This document shows positions 1 through 9,491 of a stretch of DNA of 64,000 nucleotides, one piece after another. The translations under genes were made by a program, and so were the position numbers. Below the pieces are notes generated by a model. It had not been told where the DNA came from, ran no database searches, and saw only the letters and a program-made list of their open reading frames with translations. The DNA is from a candidate division WWE3 bacterium RIFCSPHIGHO2_01_FULL_40_23. Its GTDB lineage: Bacteria; Patescibacteriota; WWE3; UBA101185; 2-01-FULL-41-18. Numbering within the stretch: position 1 is the stretch's first letter; the number at the start of each line of letters is the position of its first letter. Location: assembly GCA_001772615.1 (NCBI GenBank), contig MEUZ01000001.1, forward strand, positions 120,623-184,622, written 5' to 3'.

Positions 1-148
1 CCTGGGTGATGAGCTCAAAGAACCCCAGGGTTAAAACTAATCCATACAAACCGAGGAGTTTTGCACAACCCCCTCGGTTTATTTTTTCATACACCGCATA
101 AAACTGACTACGTTGCCCGCAGAGCCCATTTCGGGTAATATTTTCTTA

Positions 149-1258
149 ATGCTCAAACCCGCTTTCTTCCGCAAATTCGCTTGTTTCTTAATAACCCTTA
201 CAATAATTCTCTCATTAAACAAGTTTTACGCTTACGCTCATGTAGACGTAGCAGGGGAAGAGCCGGAGGATATCAAAGTCACTATAGTTGAGCCGGATCT
301 TTTTCCTGCCAAAACTCCTCTTACCATCTGGCTGGAAGTAAAAGACAAAGAAACTAATAAAACCGAGGAAAGTTTAGACATCTTAGTAAATGTAAAAGAT
401 TCCAAAGGAAATGACATCCTAAATACAAGGGCAGAACCTAAAAAGATAGAGGGGGAAGAAATTAACTACATATTTGAAATCACATTTCCCTCCTCCGGAG
501 AGTACAAGATACTATACGAATTCCTGCATGATGATGAAAAGGAGAGCTTTACTTTCCCAATTATCGTTTCAGAACCCTTAAATCAGCCAGGATTTACTCT
601 TAGCCCAACTTTAAAAACAGGGGTAATTATAGTAGGTGCTCTCCTTCTGGCAGCAGCAGTATTTTTCCTTTTTACAAAACGATTTAAAGAGTTAATGATT
701 CTTTTTGCCGTATCGGCAGTCGCTGGAATTGTCGGGTACTCGCTTATTGTTACTATCAGCTCCGGAGCATTAAAGTCTGGGGTTGTTACCTGTCTTGAAG
801 ACGGTAGATGCTTCTGGACAGCACACATCCACGCATACCTTGCTATTGAGGCCTGCGGAGAGAAAAAACTTTTGCCTTCGGAAGTCGGGCCGCTTGCAAA
901 GGTACATACTCATGAAGAACAAAATGTTTTCCACTGGCATGATCGCCTGCCTTATGACACCCAAAAGAAAGAGATTTTAGACACCAAACCTTTAACTCTT
1001 GGTTCTTCTTTTGATGATATTGGAATACCGTTTGACAAAGGTAATGCTTTTGACCTCAAAGACGGGGACAAATGTCCAAACAAAGAGGTGGGCACATGGA
1101 GAATGTTTGTTAACGGAAAGCAAAATGACGAGTTTAGAGATTATATCTGGCAGGACAGAGATGTAATTCTACTTATTTTTGGCAATAAATCTCCTTCAGA
1201 AGTAGAAGAAAACTTAAAAATAAACCCAATCAAATTTCCGGCTTTAGGAAGAGGATAA
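149..1258 (+). CDS. membrane protein: signal peptide, two central TM helices, Cys/His-rich C-terminal domain (HTHEE, HWHD). Function unknown; possible periplasmic redox partner of the downstream CcdA-like protein.
   Basis: Track ORF 113..1258 starts at TTG. The first ATG at 149 gives a signal-peptide-like N-terminus (MLKPAFFRKFACFLITLTIILSL). The stop overlaps the next gene's start (TAATG), suggesting translational coupling. Confidence 0.45.
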   Translation: MLKPAFFRKFACFLITLTIILSLNKFYAYAHVDVAGEEPEDIKVTIVEPDLFPAKTPLTIWLEVKDKETNKTEESLDILVNVKDSKGNDILNTRAEPKKIEGEEINYIFEITFPSSGEYKILYEFLHDDEKESFTFPIIVSEPLNQPGFTLSPTLKTGVIIVGALLLAAAVFFLFTKRFKELMILFAVSAVAGIVGYSLIVTISSGALKSGVVTCLEDGRCFWTAHIHAYLAIEACGEKKLLPSEVGPLAKVHTHEEQNVFHWHDRLPYDTQKKEILDTKPLTLGSSFDDIGIPFDKGNAFDLKDGDKCPNKEVGTWRMFVNGKQNDEFRDYIWQDRDVILLIFGNKSPSEVEENLKINPIKFPALGRG

Positions 1259-2151
1259 TGCTCTTTAAAAGAATTCTTTACCTCACAACATTTTTAATAT
1301 CCCTCAACCTCTTAATGCCTACGCTTGCATTAGCCCAGGAGTATAAATGGGCGGGAGCCGCACAGCTTTCTATACCAATAATTATCGGGCTTGGGTCAAT
1401 TGATGCCATAAATCCATGCGTAATTGGAGTCCTGCTCCTCCTGCTCTCAACACTCTTAAAAGTAGGGGACAAAAAGCTGGTTTTAAAAAACGGCTTTTCC
1501 TATACGGCAGGAGTTTATATAACTTATCTTTTGGGAGGCTTAACTTTACTTGGTGCCTTTAACGCCGTGAGAAGCATTACGTTTATCAGCCAGATTTTTT
1601 ACTTTGTAATAGGGGCTTTTGTCATTGTAGCGGGAACCCTTGAGATCAAGGATTTTTTCTGGTACGGCAGATGGTTTTCTTTAGCAATACCAAAGAGATT
1701 TGTCACTACAATAGAAGAGAGAGTGCAGACAAGCCATCTAAACCTCTTGTCCGCTGCTTTTTTCGGATTTATTGTTACATTGATTGAACTCCCATGTACA
1801 GGAGCCCCATACCTTGCCATTCTTACACTTATGTCCCAGCAAGGTTTTGGCTACATTAAAGCCTTGCCGCTTCTTCTTCTTTATAATCTTGTCTTTGTTC
1901 TTCCCCTTATAGTCATTATTATGCTAGCTTATTTTGGAGTTGGGCTAAAAAGTTTTCAAACCTGGAAGCAGGAAAGGCGGGGCTTAATGAGGCTTGGAAT
2001 TGGATTAACTCTTTGGTTAGTGGGAATCTGGATAATCACAACTTTAAAATCCGACTGGCTAATCCCAATGTTTCTGGGACTTCTTGGAATAGTATTAATC
2101 ATGGCGCTGGCCAAATACATTTTTAAAGTCGGGCAGGAGCTTGAGGTTTAA
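1258..2151 (+). CDS. ccdA: CcdA/DsbD-family transmembrane thiol-disulfide electron transporter
   Basis: Polytopic membrane protein with two conserved Pro/Cys motifs inside TM helices (INPCVIGVLLLL and ELPCTGAPYLAIL), as in the DsbD/CcdA TM core. Confidence 0.55.
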   Translation: MLFKRILYLTTFLISLNLLMPTLALAQEYKWAGAAQLSIPIIIGLGSIDAINPCVIGVLLLLLSTLLKVGDKKLVLKNGFSYTAGVYITYLLGGLTLLGAFNAVRSITFISQIFYFVIGAFVIVAGTLEIKDFFWYGRWFSLAIPKRFVTTIEERVQTSHLNLLSAAFFGFIVTLIELPCTGAPYLAILTLMSQQGFGYIKALPLLLLYNLVFVLPLIVIIMLAYFGVGLKSFQTWKQERRGLMRLGIGLTLWLVGIWIITTLKSDWLIPMFLGLLGIVLIMALAKYIFKVGQELEV

Positions 2152-2698
2152 TATGAAATTAAAATGGGTGGAAAAAAACAATGGCCGCAGGGAAAAGTTT
2201 GATAAATCAAAACTTGCAAGATCTATATATTATTCAATGCGTCATATAGGAAAGGGTACAAAAGAGCAGGCGAGTGAAATAGCTTTGGAGGTTTGGAAAA
2301 ATCTTAGTGAGAATGAGATTGTTTTCTCAAATAAGATTAAAGAAACGGTACTGCATACCTTAAACGACAGGGGCCTAACGGAGGAAGCTTCCACGTATGA
2401 ACTTACTTCACTTCATATAACGGGTGCCGATATAACAGAGGTAAGGAAAAGGGACGGGAGCTTACAAAAGTTTCACCCCTATAAAATCTTCAAATCAGTA
2501 CGCAAAGCCTGTCTTAACGCAGGTATAATCGGTGGAAAACTCTCCGAAGATATTACTAAAGAAGCAGTCCGTAAGCTTTCAATGGAATATCAAGATGAAG
2601 TTTCAACTCATGCGGTCAAAAAGGCGGTTTCAGAAGCCCTAAAGGATGCGGGTTTTGAAGCCGTGGAGAGGAAATATCTGACCCACCGTTACACTTAA
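2141..2698 (+). CDS. standalone protein with two tandem ATP-cone domains
   Basis: Two repeats with the ATP-cone signature (KWVEKNNGRREKFDKSKLARSI and EVRKRDGSLQKFHPYKIFKSV). No zinc ribbon and no catalytic domain. Confidence 0.5.
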   Translation: MRFNMKLKWVEKNNGRREKFDKSKLARSIYYSMRHIGKGTKEQASEIALEVWKNLSENEIVFSNKIKETVLHTLNDRGLTEEASTYELTSLHITGADITEVRKRDGSLQKFHPYKIFKSVRKACLNAGIIGGKLSEDITKEAVRKLSMEYQDEVSTHAVKKAVSEALKDAGFEAVERKYLTHRYT

Positions 2699-2760
2699 AA
2701 GACTTTGGTGGGTTGAAAATTTAAATTAGTGGCTTGCCATGAGCGAGCGAACGAGTCGAA

Positions 2761-2781
2761 TGGTGGGCGCGGATGGGATCG
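2761..2781. repeat. 21-nt direct repeat of the 3' end of the adjacent tRNA (TGGTGGGCGCGGATGGGATCG), att-like
   Basis: Exact copy of 2946..2966, which corresponds to the T-loop/T-stem/acceptor-3'/ACCA of the minus-strand tRNA. Confidence 0.7.
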
Positions 2782-2945
2782 GTCACGCGTCCTAGAAAAT
2801 CTACGTCGCTTACGTTCCTAGATTTTCTACGGCTCGCGACCCCGCCTCCCCTGAAGTATGCGCTTCGCTTAACTTCAGGGTGCGGCATTCGATCTTCAGT
2901 TCCCAATCTAAAGTTCACTTTATTTGCCAATTCACTCCGAGTGTT

Positions 2946-3020
2946 TGGTGGGCGCGGATGGGATCGAACCATCGACATCCACTTTATAAGAGTGGCGCTC
3001 TTCCACTGAGCTACGCGCCC
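2946..3020 (-). tRNA. tRNA with anticodon UAU (probably tRNA-Ile reading AUA), 75 nt, CCA encoded
   Basis: Manual fold of the minus strand: acceptor GGGCGCG/CGCGCCC, D-arm GCTC-AGTGGAA-GAGC, anticodon stem CCACT/AGTGG with loop CTTATAA (U33, A37), variable loop ATGTC, T-arm GATGG-TTCGATC-CCATC, discriminator A, CCA. Confidence 0.65.
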
Positions 3021-3096
3021 CAAACCATCTCGTAAGGATTATAAGATTGCTTCACTTCGTTCGCAATGACAAATAAATATGGCAGACTACGTTATA

Positions 3097-3471
3097 TCAA
3101 TTGGCTTTAATGAGGTAATTATCAGACTCTTTAACTCCTCCTTTTTCATCTTTTATAACAACCTTAAAATTATGATCTTTCCCAGGAAGAAGGCCGTTTA
3201 ACAATATTGAGTGCTCTTTTGAAACAGCGCTTTCGGAAGTTTCAACGCCGTAAAGCTCGGTCGTCCCATAAATAAGCTTGGCAGATACAGGAGCGCTTGT
3301 CTTAAATGAAACTCTTACCGAAGAAGGTGAAAGCTTTTGATAAGTAACATCCGTTATCCTTACACCGACAAATCTTCTCTTAAGGCTTTCTTGATTGCGG
3401 TAAACATACCCTACTAAAAGCCCTAGTGACATCATTAATAAAAACGCAACAATATACTTCTTATACTTCAT
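3097..3471 (-). CDS. small N-terminally anchored protein with an FN3/purple-acid-phosphatase-N-like beta domain
   Basis: N-terminal TM helix, then a beta-rich pattern (SVRVSFKTSAPVSAKLIYGTT...NFKVVIKDEKG). Confidence 0.4.
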   Translation of the reverse strand: MKYKKYIVAFLLMMSLGLLVGYVYRNQESLKRRFVGVRITDVTYQKLSPSSVRVSFKTSAPVSAKLIYGTTELYGVETSESAVSKEHSILLNGLLPGKDHNFKVVIKDEKGGVKESDNYLIKAN

Positions 3472-3473
3472 GA

Positions 3474-3833
3474 TTACTCCCCTTCACCAAAGAAAAAAAC
3501 GAAACGCTTTAACTTTCTTAGCATTTCTTTATTTTTGCCGTAAGCCTTGCCTTTATGCTTGGTTATCTGCCTAATAATCTCTTCCACGGCATCATCAATT
3601 GTACCTTCAAAACTAATACCCGCGCCTGTTGCAACAAAAGACCTTCCCCCTGCCCACACTTCAACCTTGGCCCTAAATCCAAATCTTGGCCCTTTTTCCA
3701 AAACAGCTCTGATATCCACCAACTCCTCTCCAACATCCCTAACAAACTTCTCAATTTTAGAAAGCTTTTCTAAAACCAGCTCACGGCTTGCCTCCGGAAG
3801 GTCAAGATTTGATGTTGCGATCTGGTAAGGCAT
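3474..3833 (-). CDS. hpf: ribosome hibernation promoting factor (RaiA/HPF/YfiA family)
   Basis: Length and motifs of the S30EA/sigma-54 modulation family (LSKIEKF...AGGRSFVATGAGISFEGTIDDAVEEIIRQITKHKGK). Confidence 0.65.
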   Translation of the reverse strand: MPYQIATSNLDLPEASRELVLEKLSKIEKFVRDVGEELVDIRAVLEKGPRFGFRAKVEVWAGGRSFVATGAGISFEGTIDDAVEEIIRQITKHKGKAYGKNKEMLRKLKRFVFFFGEGE

Positions 3834-3885
3834 CCGAGGTAATTATAAAACCCACACCTAAAAGTGGCAACCAACTCCTTCTTTA

Positions 3886-5004
3886 TTAAAGAGCAAACTC
3901 CTCCCTGCTCTCTATGACGTTTTGAAGGTTTTGTCTATCCTGCGGGCGGTTAACAAGAATGCACCCATCAAGCTTCCCCCTGCGAATAAAGTATTGAATA
4001 CACTCCCGATCCGAAATAACTTTAGTCTTTACCTCCGTACTGCCATCAAGACCGGCAAATCCCAGGAAAACTATACTTAACTTATCATGCGTAATTGAAT
4101 ACGCGGAAAGATTATCAAAAACCTCGTTTTTAGAAAGCATATTAAACCCAGCGTACTTTCCTGAAACTGCGGCATTAGTCCAGTTGCCATATCTCACATA
4201 CCTATCAAGTTTCTTACTGAAAAATTTAGCAAGATCTCCCGATGCGTAAACATTATCAAAATCGGTTTTTAAAGTCTGATCAACAACCAGACCCGCGTCA
4301 AAGTTCAAACCGGCACCTTCAAAAAAACTCTTTGAAAGATCAAGTCCTATACCTGTTCCGACTATTGTATCCTCATCAGTTACAAAAGGTGAATCCTCAC
4401 CGTAATAAATCTTAACTCCTCTTTCCTTTAACAGTTTACAGATGAGATCCGAAACTTCTTTTTGTAAAAAGTTCGCCCAGAAGCCCTCCTTTGATACGCA
4501 AAGATGCGTTTCAAGACCATAATGAGAAAATATGTCCACAAATTCAAGTGCAATAAACCCGCTTCCGATTATTACGCCCTTTTTAGCCTTTTTAACATCT
4601 TCCACAACTTTATCGGCATCTTCAATAGTTTGCAAAGAATGTTCATTTTTATACTTATTGAGTTTTTTTGGGACTCCTCCGGTAGTGAGAAGCAGTTTCC
4701 CGTAGTGGAAACCGGTTCCGTCTTCCGTTTTTACAAACTGATTTTTGGGGTCCAGAGATACAACCTTCTTCCCACAAAGATATTCTATATTTTTATCGGA
4801 GTAATGTTTGAAATCCCTTAAGAAAATATCTTCCCGCGCTCTTTCGCCTTTTACATAAAAAGGGATTTTAACTCTTGAATACAGCGGATAATTTTCATCT
4901 TCAATTATTAAAATTCTTGAAGCTGGGTCTTGCACTCTTATGGTTTCCGCAGCCGTGGTTCCCGAAATTCCTCCGCCGACAATAAGAAAATCAACATTTT
5001 CCAT
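3886..5004 (-). CDS. FAD-dependent pyridine nucleotide-disulfide oxidoreductase family (NAD(P)H:ferredoxin/rubredoxin reductase or NADH oxidase-like)
   Basis: N-terminal FAD Rossmann motif (DFLIVGGGISGTTAAE) and a second dinucleotide motif (KGVIIGSGFIALE). Lies immediately downstream of a ferredoxin gene. Confidence 0.7.
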   Translation of the reverse strand: MENVDFLIVGGGISGTTAAETIRVQDPASRILIIEDENYPLYSRVKIPFYVKGERAREDIFLRDFKHYSDKNIEYLCGKKVVSLDPKNQFVKTEDGTGFHYGKLLLTTGGVPKKLNKYKNEHSLQTIEDADKVVEDVKKAKKGVIIGSGFIALEFVDIFSHYGLETHLCVSKEGFWANFLQKEVSDLICKLLKERGVKIYYGEDSPFVTDEDTIVGTGIGLDLSKSFFEGAGLNFDAGLVVDQTLKTDFDNVYASGDLAKFFSKKLDRYVRYGNWTNAAVSGKYAGFNMLSKNEVFDNLSAYSITHDKLSIVFLGFAGLDGSTEVKTKVISDRECIQYFIRRGKLDGCILVNRPQDRQNLQNVIESREEFAL

Positions 5005-5009
5005 TGAAA

Positions 5010-5240
5010 TTATTTTACACTTGGAAATATCGGATTTCCATCCTCATCATATAAAGAAATGGCGGCCGTGGGGCATGACTGCGCCGCAATTAAAAGATCG
5101 GAAATATCTGCTCCCTTTATATTTACAACAACAGCTTTGTTTTCCTCATCAAGCTTAAAGACTTCCCCTGCCGTGGTCACACAGGTCCCTGCTCCTATAC
5201 ATAAATTCCTATCCACAATTACTTTCGTGATCTTCTTCAT
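5010..5240 (-). CDS. Pyrococcus-type single-cluster ferredoxin (C-x2-A-x2-C ... CP)
   Basis: CIGAGTC followed by a remote SCP motif, in a 76-aa protein. Confidence 0.6.
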   Translation of the reverse strand: MKKITKVIVDRNLCIGAGTCVTTAGEVFKLDEENKAVVVNIKGADISDLLIAAQSCPTAAISLYDEDGNPIFPSVK

Positions 5241-5248
5241 GCTTTAAC

Positions 5249-5482
5249 CTACTCACCCACCTCCAAAACTTCATTAAGCCTTGCAATCATTTCATCAATT
5301 TCCCCATCAGTCATACCATGAACTTTTGCACCCATTTCAATAGTGTCAAATGAATTTGCGAAGCACCCAACGCAATGAAGCCCATAATCAAGGAGGGTCT
5401 CCGAAAGTTGCGGGTGCTGGAAAACAACCTCTCCAAGATTCATTTCTTTTGTAATTTTAGAGTCAACTTTTTTCTTTTCCAT
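5249..5482 (-). CDS. DUF1858-like redox-disulfide domain protein (as found at the N-terminus of hybrid-cluster/ScdA-like proteins)
   Basis: 77 aa containing the CVGC motif (DYGLHCVGCFANSFDTIEMGA). Confidence 0.45.
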   Translation of the reverse strand: MEKKKVDSKITKEMNLGEVVFQHPQLSETLLDYGLHCVGCFANSFDTIEMGAKVHGMTDGEIDEMIARLNEVLEVGE

Positions 5483-5506
5483 ATCCTTTATTTTAACAAA
5501 AACGGC

Positions 5507-5863
5507 TTAAACTAGCGCTTTGTGCAGGGCTGAAAGAGAAAGGGTGGCACATTTAACTCTGCTTATGGTTAGATCAGGGTTAACACTCTGGGCTACTTCC
5601 ATTTTGGTTATTTTTTTTGCGTCCTTCACCCGCATACCTTTTACCTTTTCGGTAAGAATTGAAGCCGAAGCAATACTTATCGCACACCCCGCTCCGCTAA
5701 AGCCTATATCTTTAATGACCCCATTCTCAACAAGCACTTCAAGATCAATCATATCCCCACATAACGGATTGCTTTCATGAACGCTTTTTGTCGGAGTAGG
5801 AAGCTTCTTGTAATTTCGCGGGTTTTTAAAATGATCCATTAGTTCTTCTCTATAAATATCCAT
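5507..5863 (-). CDS. sufU: SufU/IscU-type Fe-S cluster scaffold (NifU N-terminal domain)
   Basis: Conserved Cys-containing motifs (LCGDMIDLEV, GAGCAISIASASIL). Immediately downstream of the cysteine desulfurase. Confidence 0.7.
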   Translation of the reverse strand: MDIYREELMDHFKNPRNYKKLPTPTKSVHESNPLCGDMIDLEVLVENGVIKDIGFSGAGCAISIASASILTEKVKGMRVKDAKKITKMEVAQSVNPDLTISRVKCATLSLSALHKALV

Positions 5864-5865
5864 AA

Positions 5866-7080
5866 TTACCTTTTTAAAATCCTTTCCGCCTTTTCTATTC
5901 CGTATAAAAGTGCGTCCACATCTTCCTTTGTATTATAAAGATAAAAACTGGCTCTTGCCGTAGCGGGAATCTTTAATTTGTTGTGCAAAGGCATCGTGCA
6001 GTGATGGCCGCTTCTTATAGCAACCCCTTCCGTATCTAAAACTGACGCGAGATCGTGAGGATGGATACCCTCAAGAGTGAACGCTATTAAACCCGTCCTT
6101 CTTTTAACATCAGTGGGACCATAAGTTTTAAGCCCCGGCACCAGATTTAATTTAGCCAAAGAATAATTTAAAAGTCCTACTTCATGCTCACTAATATTTT
6201 CCATCCCAATCCTATTAAGGTAATCTATACCAGCCCCCAAACCAACAGCACCTGAAACATTAGGAGTGCCCGCTTCAAATCTCCCAGGGATATCGGCGTA
6301 AGTGGCCCGGTCAAAAAACACCTCCTTGATCATTCCGCCCCCGACCTGATAAGGTTCCATATTTTCCAAAATTTCCTTCTTTACATACAAAACCCCAATT
6401 CCCATAGGGGAGAGCATCTTATGACCTGAAAAAGCGTAAAAATCACAATCAAGGCTTAAAACATCAACCTTCATATGAGGCACAGCCTGCGCTCCATCAA
6501 CAAAAACCAAAGCACCTTCCAAGTGAGCTTCTCTTGAAATATCTTTAATTTCCTGGATAGTCCCCAGCACATTTGATGCATGGGAAACTGCAACAATCTT
6601 AGGCTTTAAACCTTGCAAAGACCCCGTAACAAAACCCTCCTCGTCAATGCTTAAGACCTTAAGATTTGCGTTTTTCTCTTTTGCCAGAATCTGCCAAGGG
6701 ATGATATTGCTATGATGCTCAATTTCCGTTACGGCAATCGTATCCCCTTTCTTAATATTTTTTCTTCCCCAAGAATAGGCGACTAGGTTAACGGCTTCAG
6801 TAGTACCCTTTGTGAAAATAATTTCCTCGGGATGCCTTGCATTTATAAATCTTGCAACTTTTTCTCTAGCCTCTTCATACATAGCTGTTGCCTCTTCAGA
6901 TAAAGTGTGGACACCGCGGTGGACATTGGCATTATGGTTTTTATAAAAATTATTTATCGCGTCAATAACCACTTGGGGCTTTTGGCTCGTCGCCGCATTA
7001 TCAAGATATGAAAGTTTTTTACCGTTTATCTCTCGGCTTAATATTGGGAAATCACTTTTTACTTTAGCTACGTCAAACAT
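5866..7080 (-). CDS. sufS: cysteine desulfurase (class V aminotransferase, SufS-like)
   Basis: PLP-lysine motif SGHKM and the catalytic Cys region HHCTMPLH, ~400 aa. Confidence 0.85.
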   Translation of the reverse strand: MFDVAKVKSDFPILSREINGKKLSYLDNAATSQKPQVVIDAINNFYKNHNANVHRGVHTLSEEATAMYEEAREKVARFINARHPEEIIFTKGTTEAVNLVAYSWGRKNIKKGDTIAVTEIEHHSNIIPWQILAKEKNANLKVLSIDEEGFVTGSLQGLKPKIVAVSHASNVLGTIQEIKDISREAHLEGALVFVDGAQAVPHMKVDVLSLDCDFYAFSGHKMLSPMGIGVLYVKKEILENMEPYQVGGGMIKEVFFDRATYADIPGRFEAGTPNVSGAVGLGAGIDYLNRIGMENISEHEVGLLNYSLAKLNLVPGLKTYGPTDVKRRTGLIAFTLEGIHPHDLASVLDTEGVAIRSGHHCTMPLHNKLKIPATARASFYLYNTKEDVDALLYGIEKAERILKR

Positions 7081-7101
7081 AACAGTAAGGGGATATTTTT
7101 C

Positions 7102-7422
7102 TTACCACTCCTCAAGAAAGACGTAAATGTCATCTCCTTCAAGCTTAACTTCATAAGTCTTTATTTTTACGGTTGGGGGAGGCCCCGTCACATCACCCGT
7201 CTTAAGATCAAACTTACCACCATGCCTTGGGCACTCAACACAGCATCCGTCAACAACTTCACCATCTCCCAAATCCCCCCCATCGTGAGTGCATACATCG
7301 GAGATCGCAAGAAACTCCCCGTTTAAGTTTGCAATGGCAACGGGAACTCCGTTTATCCTGAAAGGTTTAATTGAATTAACCGGTATATCCTTTGTGTTTG
7401 CTACTTTTACAAAATCAGCCAT
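7102..7422 (-). CDS. Rieske [2Fe-2S] ferredoxin
   Basis: CTHDGG...CPRHGG (CxH...CxxH) in a 106-aa protein. Confidence 0.7.
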   Translation of the reverse strand: MADFVKVANTKDIPVNSIKPFRINGVPVAIANLNGEFLAISDVCTHDGGDLGDGEVVDGCCVECPRHGGKFDLKTGDVTGPPPTVKIKTYEVKLEGDDIYVFLEEW

Positions 7423-8038
7423 ATTTTGATAACCTTTCTAAAATAATACTTTTTATTTCTTCCCTAATTTTACCATCTGTAATTTTTCCGAAAACCGCTT
7501 CAAAAAAACCTTCAAGAATAATCTTCACCGCTTCTTCTCTTGATAAGCCCCTGCTCATAAGATAAAAAATTTCCTCCTCGCTTATTCTCCCTGTTGTTGC
7601 TCCGTGAGTGGCTTTAACATCATCCGCTTCAATCTCAAGCATAGGTTGTGATTCATTTCTTGCCTTATCCCCCAGAATTAAAACGTCGTGGTCAAGATAA
7701 GAATCCGTTTTCTGCGCCTTCTTTTCAATTTTAATCACACCTTTAAACAAGGAGCTTGACGAATCTTTTAAAACACCTCTTATCTGTGTAAGAGATTTAG
7801 TATTAAAAGCTTTGTGAATTACATTTACCGTCAAATCAATCTTTTCTGATGAAAGGCCCGCGTAAACTCCAAGAATCTCAACTGAAGACCCCTCCTTATC
7901 CAAAATCACATCAAGTGACTTTGATACGCTTCCCCTTGGAACTTCCAGAATAACCTGTTTTAGGACGGGTGAAACATTCACTACCTGATATTTCCCATCA
8001 AGCCTAATTAGCTCAAAAGTCTTACCGGAAACTTTCAT
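7415..8038 (-). CDS. sufD: short SufD-like protein (SufBD-family C-terminal domain)
   Basis: C-terminal motif shared with SufB ([28 protein letters not shown]). Only 207 aa. Confidence 0.6.
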   Translation of the reverse strand: MKVSGKTFELIRLDGKYQVVNVSPVLKQVILEVPRGSVSKSLDVILDKEGSSVEILGVYAGLSSEKIDLTVNVIHKAFNTKSLTQIRGVLKDSSSSLFKGVIKIEKKAQKTDSYLDHDVLILGDKARNESQPMLEIEADDVKATHGATTGRISEEEIFYLMSRGLSREEAVKIILEGFFEAVFGKITDGKIREEIKSIILERLSKYG

Positions 8039-9456
8039 CCAACGCTTCCCTCCATCTCAAGCTCAATAAGTTTATTTAGCTCCACCGCATATTCCAGCGG
8101 CAATTCTTTGACGATTGGCTCCATGAAACCTGACACAACAAGATTTATGGCCTCCGCTTTTGACAAACCTCTGCTCATTAAGTAAAACAACTGCTCCTCG
8201 CCTATACGGCTGACGGTTGCTTCATGCTCAATATTTACATCCGATTCGTTAATTCTCATAACGGGATAAGTGTCGGATCTTGAATCGGCGTCTAAAATAA
8301 GCGCATCACATTCAACTCTGGATTTAACACCTTTGCATCCCTCATTTACCTCCACAAGCCCGCGGTAGGACGTCCTTCCGCCGTTTGCGCTTATAGACTT
8401 TGAGGTTATTCTTGAGGTTGTGGAAGGGGCAGCATGCATCACCTTCCCCCCGGCATGCTGATGCTGCCCTTCTCCTGCGTAAGCTATTGATAATATCTCG
8501 CCTCTAGCTCCTTTTCCAAGAAGATAAACGGATGGAAACTTTACCGTAAGTCTTGAGCCGATATTCCCATCAACCCATTCCATTACCGCGTCTTCATAAG
8601 CAACCGCGCGCTTTGTCACTAGGTTATAAACATTTTTGTACCAGTTTTGGATTGTTGTGTACCTGACCCTTGCACCTTTTTTAACGATAATTTCAACCAC
8701 CGCCGCATGAAGCGAACCACTACTATAGGCTGGGGCTGAACATCCTTCTACATAGGCAACATAGCTTCCTTCTTCAGCGATTATTAAGGTTCTTTCAAAC
8801 TGCCCCGCGTTTCTTGCGTTAATTCTAAAATAAGCCTGGAGCGGCCTTTTAACTTGAACTCCTTTTGGAACATAAACAAAAGAGCCCCCGCTCCATACGG
8901 CGCTGTTTAGTGCGGCAAACTTATTGTCTTTTGGGGGAACAACCGTTCCAAAATACTCTTTAAATATTTCGGGATATTTTTTTAAAGCTTCGTCAGTGCC
9001 TAAAAAGATAACACCTTGATCCGAAAGCTCTTTTAACAAAGAGCCGTAAACAACTTCCGAGTCATACTGCGACTTTACACCGCCAAGAAACTCTCTTTCG
9101 GCCTGCGGGACGCCTATCTTATCAAAAGTTCTTTTAATCTCATCGGGAACCTCGTCCCAGCTTTTTTCTGTCTTTTCAGTTGGCTTTAAGTAGTAATAAA
9201 TTTCATCAAATTTAATATCGTCAATGTCTTTTTTGTCTGCAATCCATGAGGGCATTTCTTTATTTTTAAAAGCCTCATATGACTTAAGCCTGAAGTCAGT
9301 CATCCAGGAAGGCTCCCCTTTGATGTATGAGATTTCTTTAACGGTTTCCTGGCTCAAACCTTTTTTTGAGATAAAAGAGTATTTAAACTCGTCATGGAAG
9401 CCAAGCTTATATGTGTTGTCTATTATGCTTTTAGGTCTACTCTGTTTAGATTGCAT
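8035..9456 (-). CDS. sufB: Fe-S cluster assembly protein SufB
   Basis: 473 aa, SufB-like throughout, C-terminus [25 protein letters not shown]. Confidence 0.85.
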   Translation of the reverse strand: MQSKQSRPKSIIDNTYKLGFHDEFKYSFISKKGLSQETVKEISYIKGEPSWMTDFRLKSYEAFKNKEMPSWIADKKDIDDIKFDEIYYYLKPTEKTEKSWDEVPDEIKRTFDKIGVPQAEREFLGGVKSQYDSEVVYGSLLKELSDQGVIFLGTDEALKKYPEIFKEYFGTVVPPKDNKFAALNSAVWSGGSFVYVPKGVQVKRPLQAYFRINARNAGQFERTLIIAEEGSYVAYVEGCSAPAYSSGSLHAAVVEIIVKKGARVRYTTIQNWYKNVYNLVTKRAVAYEDAVMEWVDGNIGSRLTVKFPSVYLLGKGARGEILSIAYAGEGQHQHAGGKVMHAAPSTTSRITSKSISANGGRTSYRGLVEVNEGCKGVKSRVECDALILDADSRSDTYPVMRINESDVNIEHEATVSRIGEEQLFYLMSRGLSKAEAINLVVSGFMEPIVKELPLEYAVELNKLIELEMEGSVG

Positions 9457-9491
9457 AAGGTCTTCCTGTGGAAAGTTAAGGATATTTAGCT

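Noticed and set aside
2721-3023. Track ORFs 2721..3023 (minus) and 2773..3009 (plus) of 100 and 78 aa
   Set aside because: They are superimposed on the tRNA(UAU) gene and the hairpin-rich att-like spacer. There is no coding signal, so they are treated as spurious.
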